Shown here: in pieces, positions 27,294 through 37,491 of the stretch
Position numbering within the stretch: the stretch's first letter is position 1
How the letters are laid out: each line of letters begins with the position of its first letter
From: Clostridia bacterium
GTDB taxonomy: Bacteria > Bacillota > Clostridia > Oscillospirales > RGIG577
Assembly (NCBI GenBank): GCA_017513095.1
Contig: JAFWDJ010000007.1
Span: 39,733 to 103,732 of the forward strand
Direction of reading: 5' to 3'
DNA: 64,000 nucleotides
Translations under genes and position numbers: made by a program
Notes under the pieces: model-generated
The model's database searches: none
Told to the model about the DNA's origin: nothing
Seen by the model: the letters and a program-made list of their open reading frames with translations, nothing else

Positions 27294-28460
27294 TTAATTT
27301 ATATCGATAAGGCTTTTTGTATATACGTCGCACAGCGTGGAGAGGAAAAATTCCCTGCCGGTAATCTCCACGCCCGCCGGAGAAAATACACTGTTCGTAA
27401 CGAAGTCGTATGAGACCATGTCTCTTAAATCGAATATTCTCTCGGCAAAATCGCGCACGCCGTATAACTTAAAGCGGGGAACGCCGCGCTTTCGCGCCTC
27501 GTATTCCATAAGACGCATAAGCACCTCGTCGCAGGTCAACGCTGACGCTCCGAGAAGCCTTGCGGCCTCGGGAAGAATCAGATAAAGCAGCGTGCGCCGC
27601 GGCTCCTCCGCCGGATAGCCGAATGCGGACGCGAGACGCGCCGCTTTGGCGTCGGAAAGCGCGTAGAGCGCGTCGGAGAGCGGCTTTGCGCCCTTTCGCG
27701 CGATAAAATACGTTTCTCCCAAAAGGTCATCGGTGACGCGCTTGGTCTCGCAGTAGCCGGCGTTGAAATTCTCAGTAAGCGCGCTTCTGCTGAAATCAAG
27801 CACGCCGCCCAGATTGACGCTCGGCTTTATCATAAGCTCGCGAAGTCCCTCCTTCGGGTAGCTTCTTATGGGGCGGATCGTGTACGTCCTTATTATAACT
27901 ACGTCGTCGCAGCCGCGCTCGAGCGCGAGATTTACGGGGCAGTTGTCGTAAAACGAGCCGTCAAGATAATTCTCTCCGTCAAGCGGCTGCGTCTTGAACA
28001 CCGGCAAATTGCCGCTCGCCATAAGATAATCGACGAGCTTGCCTCTCGGGATGTCCTCCTTGTATAATCTTAGCGGCTGCCGCCTTGTAAGCGAATAAGT
28101 TATCATCCCGAAATCGACGGCGGATGAGCGAAGCTTGTCCTCGTCGATTATGCGCGCGAGAATCTCGCGAATCTTCGAGGTGTCAAGCCCGCCGTTTTTT
28201 ATCATCGAGCGAAGCGCGCCCGTAAAAAGCGCTACGGTGCTCGCCTGCTTTTTGAATCCGAAGAGCCTTGAAGTGTCAAGCATTTTCCACCAGTCGAGCG
28301 CGACGTCGTAATCGCCCTGCGCGATAAGTGCGCCGTTCATCGCGCCGACAGACGTGCCGCACACGAAGTCAAATTCGTGCCCGGCCTCTCTGAGGGCCTT
28401 CAAAGCGCCCATATGAAACGCGCCCTTCGCGCCGCCTCCTTCAAGTATCAGTCCCTTCAC
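27294..28460 (-). CDS. Patatin-like phospholipase
   Basis: Oxyanion GGGAKGAFHMG and nucleophile GTSVGA (GxSxG) motifs. Confidence 0.85.
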   Translation of the reverse strand: MKGLILEGGGAKGAFHMGALKALREAGHEFDFVCGTSVGAMNGALIAQGDYDVALDWWKMLDTSRLFGFKKQASTVALFTGALRSMIKNGGLDTSKIREILARIIDEDKLRSSAVDFGMITYSLTRRQPLRLYKEDIPRGKLVDYLMASGNLPVFKTQPLDGENYLDGSFYDNCPVNLALERGCDDVVIIRTYTIRPIRSYPKEGLRELMIKPSVNLGGVLDFSRSALTENFNAGYCETKRVTDDLLGETYFIARKGAKPLSDALYALSDAKAARLASAFGYPAEEPRRTLLYLILPEAARLLGASALTCDEVLMRLMEYEARKRGVPRFKLYGVRDFAERIFDLRDMVSYDFVTNSVFSPAGVEITGREFFLSTLCDVYTKSLIDIN

Positions 28461-28722
28461 TTCGCACCTCCGGTAAACTATGCCTGGGCCAAGCTGTCAT
28501 TTTGATAAGTATTAAAACTATTATACCCCTATTTTACGCTCGATGTAAAGCGATAAAGCGGGCAAAGAGAGACTTTGAGATGCTTTTTCGGCCTGCTCTT
28601 TTGTTTAAACACATTTTTTCGCATTATTGGCCTGTTTCTTATATAGATAAAAATATAGAGAAAAAGCGCCCTGCCCGAAGGCAGAGCGCTTTTTAAAATC
28701 AGGTTTTAATTCCGTTTAAGAA

Positions 28723-30114
28723 TTATTCGTCCAGAGCCCAGATCTCGTCGGGGGTAAGAACCTTCTTGCCCGGGATAATGTAAGCAACTCTCGTGGTGTT
28801 TAAAAGGTGCTTGTAGTTGAAGTTCTCACTGATGGAGTTACCGCCCCAAGAACCGCAGCCAAGGCTGGAGGTCGGAATGTAACCGTTCAGGTTTACAGGC
28901 GAGCCGGAAGCGAGAAGCAGCGGCTGATTAACGAGGTAACGGCAAACGGGCATACGTGCTGCAGCCTTCTCGATAAGAGCGTCGTCGTTCGACCAGATAC
29001 CGCCGGTGTGGCCTGCGCCTTCCTGGAAGTAGTTTCTTCTGCAGTTCTCGATTGCCTGATCGGGAGTGTCATAGGGAACGAATCTGATGATCGGAGCAAG
29101 GATCTCCTTGGAGAGGATATCTTCCTCTGCAAGGCCGTCTACTCTGCAAAGGAGGCAGATGGTCTCTTCCGGAACGCCGTCGATACCGAGCATCTTTGCA
29201 AGGCCGGAAGCCTTCTGACCAACGATCTTCGGCTGAATCTTGCCGGTCTCCTGGTTGAAAGCGTTCTTTCTAACCTTATCAACCTCAGCGGGATCCTTTA
29301 TGTCATAGCCGCCGTTTCTTACGAATGCAGCGATGATCTCTTCGCGCTTTTCCTTCGGAACGTGGAAGGTCTGCTCACCGGTGCAGGGAACGCCGTTGTC
29401 ATAGTTACGGCTGAACATAGCCTTCTGAGCCATGGTGTCGTAATCGGTCCAGTCGGGACCAACGATAAGCTGGGAGTTACCCTGACCTACGCCGTAAGCC
29501 GGAGTGCCGCTGGAGTAAGCAGCCTTAACCATGCTGGGGCCACCCGTTGCAACGATAACGTCGCAAGCGCTCATCAGTAAGCCGGTAAGCTCGATGGAGG
29601 GCTCATCGATGGACTGAACGAGGTTGTTGGGCGCGCCGAGCTCAACGAGCTTGTCGTTCATGATCTTGCAGGCGTGAGCGGTGCACTTCTTTGCAGCCGG
29701 ATGAGGAGCAACGATGATAGCGTTTCTCGTCTTTATAGCGTTCATTGCGTTGGTAGCAGCCGTAGTGGTCGGGTTCGTAACGGGAGTGATGGAAGCGAGA
29801 ACGCCCATCGGCTTTGCGAACTTGAGGATACCGTCAACGTCCTTGGTGTCTTCGATAAGACCAACGGAGGGCTTGCCGCATACTGCCCACCAGGTAGCGG
29901 TGGTAACGCCCTTGTGCTTGCCCACCTTGGACTCAACGGTGCCGTACTTCGTCTCTGCAACTGCTTCCTCGGAAAGCATCTGAGCTGCATCGAATATAGC
30001 CATACCGATAGCCTTGGTGAGCTCGTCGATCTTTTCCTGCGAGAAAGTATCTAAAATTGCCTGTGCCTCTTTTGCCTTTGCAACCAGGCTCTGGATGTAT
30101 TCTTTGTTATCCAT
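28723..30114 (-). CDS. CoA-acylating aldehyde dehydrogenase, SucD-like (paralog 1)
   Basis: 463 aa. The pattern MDNKEYIQSL...ITPVTNPTTT...IIVAPHPAAKK...ATGGPSMVKAAYSSGTPAYGVGQGNSQ resembles Clostridium kluyveri succinate-semialdehyde dehydrogenase (acylating). Confidence 0.75.
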   Translation of the reverse strand: MDNKEYIQSLVAKAKEAQAILDTFSQEKIDELTKAIGMAIFDAAQMLSEEAVAETKYGTVESKVGKHKGVTTATWWAVCGKPSVGLIEDTKDVDGILKFAKPMGVLASITPVTNPTTTAATNAMNAIKTRNAIIVAPHPAAKKCTAHACKIMNDKLVELGAPNNLVQSIDEPSIELTGLLMSACDVIVATGGPSMVKAAYSSGTPAYGVGQGNSQLIVGPDWTDYDTMAQKAMFSRNYDNGVPCTGEQTFHVPKEKREEIIAAFVRNGGYDIKDPAEVDKVRKNAFNQETGKIQPKIVGQKASGLAKMLGIDGVPEETICLLCRVDGLAEEDILSKEILAPIIRFVPYDTPDQAIENCRRNYFQEGAGHTGGIWSNDDALIEKAAARMPVCRYLVNQPLLLASGSPVNLNGYIPTSSLGCGSWGGNSISENFNYKHLLNTTRVAYIIPGKKVLTPDEIWALDE

Positions 30115-30161
30115 AATTGGTGTTCCTCCTAATATATATTCAATAATAATTTTTTACTAAA

Positions 30162-31538
30162 TTAGCCCATCTGCCAGATTTCTTCGTGGGAAGGACTGTG
30201 AACGCCCTTGAGCGGATATGCCACTCTCGTGGTGTTCATGAAGTGATAGTAAGTGAGGTTCTCACTGATGGAGTTGTTGCCCCACGAACCGCAGCCCAGC
30301 GAAGAGGTAGGCATAAGACCGTTCTGCTGTCTGCCGCTGCCTGCAACGTTCGGCTGATTTACAACCATGCGGCATACGGGGATACGGTCGCCTGCGAGCT
30401 TGATGTTGTCATCATTTTCGGAGTAAACGGTTGCGGAGTGGCCTGCGCCTTCCATAAGGAGGTTCGTTCTTGCATGCTCAACGCCTTCTGCAAAGTTCTC
30501 GCACGGTAATACGCGGAGGATCGGGCACATGATCTCGCGTGCCAGGGGCTCGCCCTTGCCGCACTTTTCAACTCTCATGATAAGGAGCTTAGCATCCTCG
30601 GGGCAGCCTTCAACGCCTGCAAGCTTGCAAGCCTGGGGCGGAAGCTTACCTACGATCTGGGTGTTCGGTCTGCCTTCGGGCGTGAAAGCAACCTGACGGA
30701 TCTTGTCTATATCAGCCGGATCCTTAACTTCCCAGCAGCCGTTGTCGATGAATGCCTTGATAACTGCGTCTTCCTTGCCCTTCGGAACGTGAATGGTCTG
30801 CTCACCGGTGCAGGGAACGCCGTTGTCATAAGCGCGGCTCATGATAACGTTCTTAGCCATGGTGTCATAGTCGGTGTAAGTGGTGTCAAGTACAACCTGT
30901 GCATTACCCTGACCCACGCCGAAGGAAGGCTTGCCGCTGGAGTAAGCTGCCTTAACCATGCCGGGGCCGCCCGTTGCAACAACGACGTCTGCAAGCTCCA
31001 TAGCGAGGTTCGTAAGCTCTAAGGACGGCTCTTCGATGCACTGAACGAGATCAGCGGGAGCGCCGATGGAAACGAGCGTCTCACGGATGATGTCAACAGC
31101 GTGCTTCGAGCACTTCTTTGCGCTCGGATGAGGAGCAACAATGATAGCGTTTCTGCACTTTAATGCCGGCATAGCGTCTGCGATAACAGTCGTGGTCGGG
31201 TTCGTGCTGGGGGTAACGCAAGTGATAACACCCAAAGGCTTTGCAAACTCAATAAGGCCTCTCTCGGGGATTCTCTTAACGATACCAACAGACGGCTTGC
31301 CTCTCATAGCGAGGTACTGGTTTGCGCAAACACCTGCGTGCTTAGCAACCTTACCGGGAACGTTGCCGAAGTGAGTCTCTTCAACTGCTTCCTTGGAAAG
31401 CTCTTCTCTTGCATCGTAGATAGCCTTACCGATGGCTCTTACCATCTTGTCTACCTGCTCCTGGGTGTAAGTCTCGATAGACTCCTGCGCCTTTCTGCCC
31501 TTATCGATCAGGCTCTGGATGTATTCTTTGTTGTCCAT
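30162..31538 (-). CDS. CoA-acylating aldehyde dehydrogenase, SucD-like (paralog 2)
   Basis: 458 aa with the same N-terminus MDNKEYIQSL and colinear motifs. It lies 47 nt upstream of paralog 1. Confidence 0.75.
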   Translation of the reverse strand: MDNKEYIQSLIDKGRKAQESIETYTQEQVDKMVRAIGKAIYDAREELSKEAVEETHFGNVPGKVAKHAGVCANQYLAMRGKPSVGIVKRIPERGLIEFAKPLGVITCVTPSTNPTTTVIADAMPALKCRNAIIVAPHPSAKKCSKHAVDIIRETLVSIGAPADLVQCIEEPSLELTNLAMELADVVVATGGPGMVKAAYSSGKPSFGVGQGNAQVVLDTTYTDYDTMAKNVIMSRAYDNGVPCTGEQTIHVPKGKEDAVIKAFIDNGCWEVKDPADIDKIRQVAFTPEGRPNTQIVGKLPPQACKLAGVEGCPEDAKLLIMRVEKCGKGEPLAREIMCPILRVLPCENFAEGVEHARTNLLMEGAGHSATVYSENDDNIKLAGDRIPVCRMVVNQPNVAGSGRQQNGLMPTSSLGCGSWGNNSISENLTYYHFMNTTRVAYPLKGVHSPSHEEIWQMG

Positions 31539-31836
31539 GTTCTGTTTTCCTCCTACAATTTATTTTAATATTGATATGCAACACATATGCCGACGCGCCA
31601 AATCGAATCCATTGTGCCCGGCGCAAACAATTTGCACGACGCACAAAAGAATCGATCGAAGCCCGCCGCCATACTCGGAAAAAATGTATAGAGAAAATTC
31701 CCTCATACACAGTATATTGTATCAGTTGCAAACAGGGCTGTCAACAGCCAAAAAAGCAAATATATAAGCAATTTTATCGTTTTAAAAATAATTTACAATT
31801 ATTTAATGTTTTTTTATGCGCCGTTTCCCCGTTTTT

Positions 31837-32298
31837 TCATCCGAACAGCACAAGATACACGTCCATCTCGTTTTTCGAAAGAAAATCATCTATCGCTCGC
31901 TTGGCGGTATCAAGCGCCCCTTCCCTCGGGTAGCCGTAGATGCCCGCGGAGATGAGCGGGAACGCAATCGAGGCGCATCCGTGCTTTTTCGCAAGCTCGA
32001 GCGAGCTTTTATAGCAGCCGTACAGAAGCTTCTCCTCGTTTTGATTTCCTCCCCGCCAAATGGGGCCCACCGCGTGTATCACGTATTTTGCCGGAAGCGC
32101 GTACGCGCCCGTTATCACCGCCGAGCCCGTATCGCAGTGACCTATCTTTGCGCACTCGGCCTCAAGCTCATTGTATCCCGCCGCGCGGAATATAGCGCCG
32201 CATACTCCGCCGCCCGGCGCAAGCGCGCTGTTTGCCGCGTTCACAATGGCGTCGGCCTTCACCCTCGTTATGTCCCCGTTTATTATCTTAAAACCCAT
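31837..32298 (-). CDS. Macro-domain protein (O-acetyl-ADP-ribose deacetylase-like)
   Basis: [40 protein letters not shown]. The start was moved to the Met that follows an AAGGAGG RBS. Confidence 0.85.
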   Translation of the reverse strand: MGFKIINGDITRVKADAIVNAANSALAPGGGVCGAIFRAAGYNELEAECAKIGHCDTGSAVITGAYALPAKYVIHAVGPIWRGGNQNEEKLLYGCYKSSLELAKKHGCASIAFPLISAGIYGYPREGALDTAKRAIDDFLSKNEMDVYLVLFG

Positions 32299-32357
32299 GT
32301 CCGCTGCCTCCTTATTGTTATATTTACAATTATATAATACCACAGATTTCGCATTTT

Positions 32358-32414
32358 ATTGTAAACCTATCGAATATTTTTACGGTTGACAATATTGTTG
32401 TGCCGTGGTATACT
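32358..32414 (+). promoter_or_regulatory. bioY promoter overlapped by a BirA-type operator (inverted repeat ATTGTAAACC, 16 nt, GGTTGACAAT)
   Basis: 10-bp inverted repeat with 1 mismatch at 32358-32367 and 32384-32393. The right half contains the -35 TTGACA (32386-32391). After 17 nt comes TATACT (32409-32414). Confidence 0.6.
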
Positions 32415-32447
32415 GCGAAGCATGAACGAGAAAGGAGACGGCGCCGT

Positions 32448-33014
32448 ATGACCCCTGCTTCAGTTAAAAAAGGAAGGCTCACGACGAGAGAGCTTGTGTA
32501 TATCGCTCTTTTTGCGGTGCTTATCGTCGTATGCTCGTGGATAGCAGTGCCGATGCCGTCGGGCATCCCCATGACGCTTCAGACGTTCGCGATTTTTTTG
32601 ACCCTCGGCCTTCTGGGCGGAAAGCGCGGCACGCTTTCTCTCCTTGTATATATACTTCTGGGCGTCGTCGGGCTCCCCGTATTTTCGGGCTTTCGCGGCG
32701 GCGCGGGCGTGCTATTGGGCACGACGGGCGGATACTTAATAGGCTTTATCATCTCCGCACTCTTATATTGGCTTATCGTTTCAAAGCTCGGCGCGAAAAC
32801 TTACGTTATTATAATATCCATGCTTTTGGGGATAGCCGCGTGCTACGCCTTCGGCACGGCGTGGTTCATATTCATGTACACGAAAAGCACGGGGGCGATA
32901 GGCGTTCTTGGCGCGCTCGCAAGCTGCGTGTTCCCGTTCGTCATCCCCGACCTTGTAAAGATCGCGCTTGCGGTATTTCTTACGAAAAAGCTTTCGCCGC
33001 GCCTTAAAATCTGA
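32448..33014 (+). CDS. bioY: Biotin transporter BioY (ECF S-component)
   Basis: PMTLQTFAIFLTLGLLGGKRG...LLGTTGGYLIGF. The start was chosen at MTPASVKK after an AGGAG RBS. Confidence 0.85.
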   Translation: MTPASVKKGRLTTRELVYIALFAVLIVVCSWIAVPMPSGIPMTLQTFAIFLTLGLLGGKRGTLSLLVYILLGVVGLPVFSGFRGGAGVLLGTTGGYLIGFIISALLYWLIVSKLGAKTYVIIISMLLGIAACYAFGTAWFIFMYTKSTGAIGVLGALASCVFPFVIPDLVKIALAVFLTKKLSPRLKI

Positions 33015-33025
33015 CGCGCCGAACG

Positions 33026-33054
33026 TTGACCGCCGCGCCGTGTTGCGGTATAAT
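33026..33054 (+). promoter_or_regulatory. Near-consensus sigma-A promoter for the glycyl radical enzyme gene
   Basis: TTGACC, 17 nt, TATAAT. An RBS GGAGG at 33062 is followed by ATG at 33075. Confidence 0.6.
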
Positions 33055-33074
33055 CGCGTTTGGAGGTTGTTTTT

Positions 33075-35435
33075 ATGACTGAACGTGTACGAAAATTAAG
33101 AGAACAGAGCCTTAACACGGCTCCGCGCATAGATATGGAGCGCGCGCGCCTTGAAACGGAATGCTATAAGCGTTTCGAGGGCACGATGAGCGTGCCCGAG
33201 CTTCGCGCCGCCGTTTTGAAATACCTGATGGAGCATAAAACGCTGTACTTCGGCGAGGGCGAGCTCATCGTCGGTGAAAAGGGCGCGTCGCTTCAGACGG
33301 CTCCCACCTTCCCCGAGCTTTGCTGCCACACGACAGGCGACATGCTCACGATGGACCGCCGCGAGCTTATCTCGTTTAAAGTAACCGATGACGATATCGC
33401 GCTTCAGCGCGACGTGATAATACCGTTCTGGGAGAACCGCAGTATGCGAAAAAAGCTCATAGGCGCCATGAGCGACGAATGGAAGGCCTGCTACGAGGCG
33501 GGCATTTTCACCGAATTCATGGAGCAGCGCGGCCCCGGACATACCGTCGGAAGCGAGAATATATATAAAAAGGGCTTTCTTGACTATAAATCGGACATAC
33601 GCGCGGCCACAGACGCGCTCGACTTTGAAAACGACCCCTCTGCCCTCTCGCGCCTTGAGCAGCTTCGCGCGATGGACACGGCGTGCGACGCGATAATCAT
33701 ACTCGGCGAAAGATACAGAAAGCTTGCGCTTTCACTTTACGAAAAAGAGACCGACGAAAACCGCCGCTCGGAGCTATTGACGATCGCCGGAAATCTTGAG
33801 GTCGTGCCCGCTCACAAGCCGGAAACGTTTCATCAGGCGCTTCAGATGTACTGGCTCGTTCACCTGTGCGTAACGAGCGAGTTAAATCCCTGGGACGCGT
33901 ACAGTCCCGGCAGGCTCGATCAGCATCTTTATAAGTTCTACAAGCGTGACGTCGAAGCGGGACGCCTCACGCGGGAGCGTGCGCTCGAGCTTATGGAATG
34001 TCTTTGGGTCAAGTTCAACAATCAGCCCGCGCCGCCCAAGGTTGGCATAACGCTCAAGGAAAGCGGCACGTATACCGACTTTGCCAACATAAACACCGGC
34101 GGCATAACGCCCGAGGGCGAAAACGGCGTAAACGACGTAAGCTTTATAATTCTCGACTGCATGGACGAAATGCGGCTTCTTCAGCCGAGCTCCAATGTAC
34201 AGATAAGCCGCAAAAATCCCGACGAATTCTTATACCGTGCCTGCGAAATATCGAAAAAAGGCTGGGGTCAGCCCGCCTTTTACAATACCGAGGCGATAAT
34301 CGCGGAGCTTTTGAACGCGGGCAAGTCGCTTTCGGACGCCTACCGCGGCGGGACGAGCGGCTGCGTTGAAACGGGCGCCTTCGGAAACGAGGCGTATATC
34401 CTGACGGGCTACTTCAATCTGCCCAAAATCCTCGAGCTTACCTTAAACAACGGCTATGACAGGCGCACAGAGCGTCAGCTTGGGCCTAAGCTTGGCTTTG
34501 CGGAGGATTTCAAGTCTTTCGACGAGCTTTTTTCGGCCTATAAAAAGCAGGTGCGCCATTTTATCGACATAAAGGTGCGCGGCTCAAATATAATAGAGCA
34601 GCTTTACGCGAAATATATGCCCGTGCCGTTCTTGTCGGTCATAACGAACGACTGCATCTCGCGCGGACTCGACTACAACGCGGGCGGCGCGCGCTACAAT
34701 ACGTCTTATCTTCAGGGCGTGGGCATCGGCACGATAACCGATTCGCTCACCGCGATAAAATACAACGTCTTCGATAAAAAGAATTTCACGATGGCCGAGC
34801 TTTCGCGCGCGCTTTCTGACAACTTTGAGGGGCACGAGCGCATACTCGCGCTCGTACGCGGAAAAACGCCCAAATACGGCAACGACGACGATTACGCCGA
34901 CGGCGTCATGCGCGAGGTGTTCGGATTTTACCGCACCTGCGTCACCGGCCGAAGCAACACGCGCGGCGGCATGTGGCGCATAAACATGCTGCCCACTACC
35001 TGCCACGTCTACTTCGGCGAGGTCATGGGCGCAAGCGCGAACGGCCGCCTTGCGGGAAAGCCCGTCTCCGAGGGCATATCTCCCGCCAAGGGAGCCGATA
35101 TTTACGGCCCCACCGCAGTTTTAAAGTCGTGCGCGAAGATGGACCAGCTCAAAACGGGCGGCACGCTTTTAAATCAGAAGTTCGTCCCCTCCGCGATCGC
35201 GGGAGAAACCGGCACGAAAAATTTAGGCTCGCTCATACGCGCCTATTTTGAAATGGGCGGTCATCATATACAGTTCAACGTGATAGACACGCAAACGCTC
35301 AGGGACGCGCAGGCGCATCCCGAGAATTACCGCGACCTTATCGTGCGCGTGGCGGGCTACAGCGACCACTTCAACAACTTAAGCCGCGCGCTGCAGGACG
35401 AGATAATCGAGCGCACGGCCCACGCCGCGCTGTAA
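33075..35435 (+). CDS. hypD: Glycyl radical enzyme of the 1,2-eliminase class, most similar to trans-4-hydroxy-L-proline dehydratase (HypD)
   Basis: Glycyl radical motif RVAGYSDHFNNL near the C-terminus and a thiyl loop GTSGCVETG (Cys plus Glu, dehydratase-type). Long stretches (WVKFNNQPAPPKVGITLKESGTYTDFANINTGG, GWGQPAFYNTEAI, KTPKYGNDDDYAD) agree with my recollection of HypD. This was not verified by search. Confidence 0.6.
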   Translation: MTERVRKLREQSLNTAPRIDMERARLETECYKRFEGTMSVPELRAAVLKYLMEHKTLYFGEGELIVGEKGASLQTAPTFPELCCHTTGDMLTMDRRELISFKVTDDDIALQRDVIIPFWENRSMRKKLIGAMSDEWKACYEAGIFTEFMEQRGPGHTVGSENIYKKGFLDYKSDIRAATDALDFENDPSALSRLEQLRAMDTACDAIIILGERYRKLALSLYEKETDENRRSELLTIAGNLEVVPAHKPETFHQALQMYWLVHLCVTSELNPWDAYSPGRLDQHLYKFYKRDVEAGRLTRERALELMECLWVKFNNQPAPPKVGITLKESGTYTDFANINTGGITPEGENGVNDVSFIILDCMDEMRLLQPSSNVQISRKNPDEFLYRACEISKKGWGQPAFYNTEAIIAELLNAGKSLSDAYRGGTSGCVETGAFGNEAYILTGYFNLPKILELTLNNGYDRRTERQLGPKLGFAEDFKSFDELFSAYKKQVRHFIDIKVRGSNIIEQLYAKYMPVPFLSVITNDCISRGLDYNAGGARYNTSYLQGVGIGTITDSLTAIKYNVFDKKNFTMAELSRALSDNFEGHERILALVRGKTPKYGNDDDYADGVMREVFGFYRTCVTGRSNTRGGMWRINMLPTTCHVYFGEVMGASANGRLAGKPVSEGISPAKGADIYGPTAVLKSCAKMDQLKTGGTLLNQKFVPSAIAGETGTKNLGSLIRAYFEMGGHHIQFNVIDTQTLRDAQAHPENYRDLIVRVAGYSDHFNNLSRALQDEIIERTAHAAL

Positions 35436-35490
35436 CGCGCGCCGAAACTCCCGGCAAAGCTCAGAATTGCGTATAAAAGCGAAGAATACT

Positions 35491-35731
35491 CTTTTCGGCA
35501 CGCTGACAGGGTACCAAAAAAGAGGTCAGAATTGTCGATTGCCGAGCGTCGGCGTATGTTATACGTTAGAGAAGGCAATCGACACATAGCCGAAAACGCC
35601 GTAACCCAAAGGTTACGGCGCAAAAGTCGATTTGAAAAAGTGTGCATAACATTTTTGATTCGTAAACTGTATGCACACTTTTTTTGCTTTAATATTATAT
35701 TCTTTTCGGCGGTCTGGCCCTTTTTTGACAG
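35491..35731 (-). repeat. Structured repeat element, copy 1 (minus orientation)
   Basis: The reverse complement aligns with 45444-45680. A core of about 130 nt is about 90% identical by hand count and the 5' part is more divergent. It contains the hairpins GCGCCGTAACCtttgGGTTACGGCG and GTCGATTGCC...GGCAATCGAC and a bidirectional-terminator-like AGTGTGCATA...TATGCACACT. Confidence 0.85.
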
Positions 35732-35799
35732 ACTGTGAAAAGGCAGGCGCTTTCGCGCCTGCCCTTTCCAAAGCGAGGTCGTCTTATATAAAGACCGGT

Positions 35800-36645
35800 T
35801 TATTTGCTGTAATCGTAGAAGCCCTTGCCGCTCTTTCTGCCGAGCAGACCTGCGCGTACCATCTTGCGAAGCAGCGGATGAGCCGCATACTTCTGATCGC
35901 CCATCTCCTTATAGAGAACGTCGCAGACTGCGAGCACAACGTCAAGACCTACGAGGTCGCCGAGTGCAAGCGGACCCATCGGGTGATTTGCGCCGAGCTT
36001 CATGGCGGTGTCGATATCCTCGGCGGAAGCTATGCCGTCGGCGTAGATGCCTATTGCCTCGTTTACCATCGGAACGAGTATTCTGTTAACTACGAATGCG
36101 GGTGCTTCCTTTACCTGTACGGGAGTCTTGCCGAGCTCAACGGCCATTTTGGTAACAAATTCGTTCGTTGCGGCGTCGGTAAGCTGACCGTTTATAACCT
36201 CAACGAGCTTCATTGCGCCAACGGGATTGAAGAAGTGCATACCGATAACCTTCTCGGGGCGCTTGGTCGCGCTTGCAAGCAGCGTTATCGAAAGCGAAGA
36301 AGTGTTCGTAGCGAAAATAACGTCGGGCTTGCAGATCTCGTCGAGCTGCTTGAAAATATCGAGCTTTATGTCAATATTCTCAGCGATGGACTCAACGATA
36401 AAGTCTCTGTCCGCAAAGTCTTCGAGCTTAGTCGTATCCTTTATGCGGGCTATGGTCGCGTCCATATACTCCTGAGTTATCTTTTCCTTGGCAACAGCCC
36501 TGGACATAACCTTATTTATCGTCTTGTACGCGCCGTCCAGTGTGGACTGATGACGGCTTCTCATTAAAACTTCGTGTCCTGCCTCTGCAAATGCCTGAAC
36601 TATGCCTGCGCCCATTGCGCCCGAACCGAGTACGCCAACCTTCAT
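35800..36645 (-). CDS. hbd: 3-hydroxybutyryl-CoA dehydrogenase
   Basis: [20 protein letters not shown] Rossmann motif, 281 aa, next to crt and thl. Confidence 0.9.
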   Translation of the reverse strand: MKVGVLGSGAMGAGIVQAFAEAGHEVLMRSRHQSTLDGAYKTINKVMSRAVAKEKITQEYMDATIARIKDTTKLEDFADRDFIVESIAENIDIKLDIFKQLDEICKPDVIFATNTSSLSITLLASATKRPEKVIGMHFFNPVGAMKLVEVINGQLTDAATNEFVTKMAVELGKTPVQVKEAPAFVVNRILVPMVNEAIGIYADGIASAEDIDTAMKLGANHPMGPLALGDLVGLDVVLAVCDVLYKEMGDQKYAAHPLLRKMVRAGLLGRKSGKGFYDYSK

Positions 36646-36681
36646 TATACTTACCTCATTTCTTAATATATTTTTATATGA

Positions 36682-37458
36682 TTACTTATTGATGAACGGA
36701 TCCGGCTTGCGCTTTTCCATGAACGCGTGCATCGCGTTGCGCTGGTCCTGAGAGCCGAAGCCCTTGCCGGAATTTTCAAGCTCCACCTCGATAGCCTGTT
36801 CCATCGGGAGATGGATACCGTCGTTTACGGCGCTCTTTGCCGCTCTTACGCCGATGGGAGCCTTGGATGCTATGCGGTTTGCAAGCTCCATCGCCTTGTC
36901 CATAAGCTCATCCTGAGTATAAACGGCGTTTACAAGACCAATCTTTAACGCCTCGTCAGCCATTACGCGCTTGCCCGTGTAGAGCATCTCCTTCGCGATG
37001 CCCACATTGATAACGCGCGGGAGCCTCTGCGTACCGCCGAAGCTGGGGATTATGCCGAGTCCCGTCTCGGGGAGGGCGAACATCGCGTTGTCGCTTGCTA
37101 TGCGTATATCGCACGCCAGCGAAAGCTCGCAGCCGCCGCCCAAAGCGAAGCCGTTAACCGCCGCGATCACCGGAATGGGGAAACGCTCGATCTTTAAGAA
37201 CAGCTCGTTGCCCTTGCGGCCGAATTTTACGGCCTCATCGGTGGGCATATCGGCCATCGCGCCGATATCGGCGCCCGCAACGAACGCCTTTTTGCCCGCG
37301 CCCGTTATGATGAGAGCGCGTATATTCTCAACGTCAACACCCGCAAGCACAGCCGCGAGATCGTCGAGCACCTGATCGTTTATCGCATTTAAGGCCTTCT
37401 CACGCGACATCGTGATTATGCCGACGTGACCTTCGGTTCTGTATTCTACAAAGCTCAT
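36682..37458 (-). CDS. crt: Short-chain enoyl-CoA hydratase (crotonase)
   Basis: 258 aa with crotonase-fold motifs ITGAGKKAFVAGADI and AAVNGFALGGGCELSLACD. Confidence 0.9.
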   Translation of the reverse strand: MSFVEYRTEGHVGIITMSREKALNAINDQVLDDLAAVLAGVDVENIRALIITGAGKKAFVAGADIGAMADMPTDEAVKFGRKGNELFLKIERFPIPVIAAVNGFALGGGCELSLACDIRIASDNAMFALPETGLGIIPSFGGTQRLPRVINVGIAKEMLYTGKRVMADEALKIGLVNAVYTQDELMDKAMELANRIASKAPIGVRAAKSAVNDGIHLPMEQAIEVELENSGKGFGSQDQRNAMHAFMEKRKPDPFINK

Positions 37459-37491
37459 CTTAAATTCCTCCGATCAGAGATTATTCAAAGC

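Noticed and set aside
35357-35647. ORFs 35357..35647 (minus) and 45497..45685 (plus) share the peptide LLRRNLWVTAFSA.CRLPSL..IRRRSAIDNS.LFF, suggesting a small conserved protein
   Set aside because: The shared frame is broken by a T-run indel. The substitutions are not biased toward synonymous changes. The region is densely packed with perfect hairpins and has no RBS. I interpret it as a structured repeat element, not a CDS.
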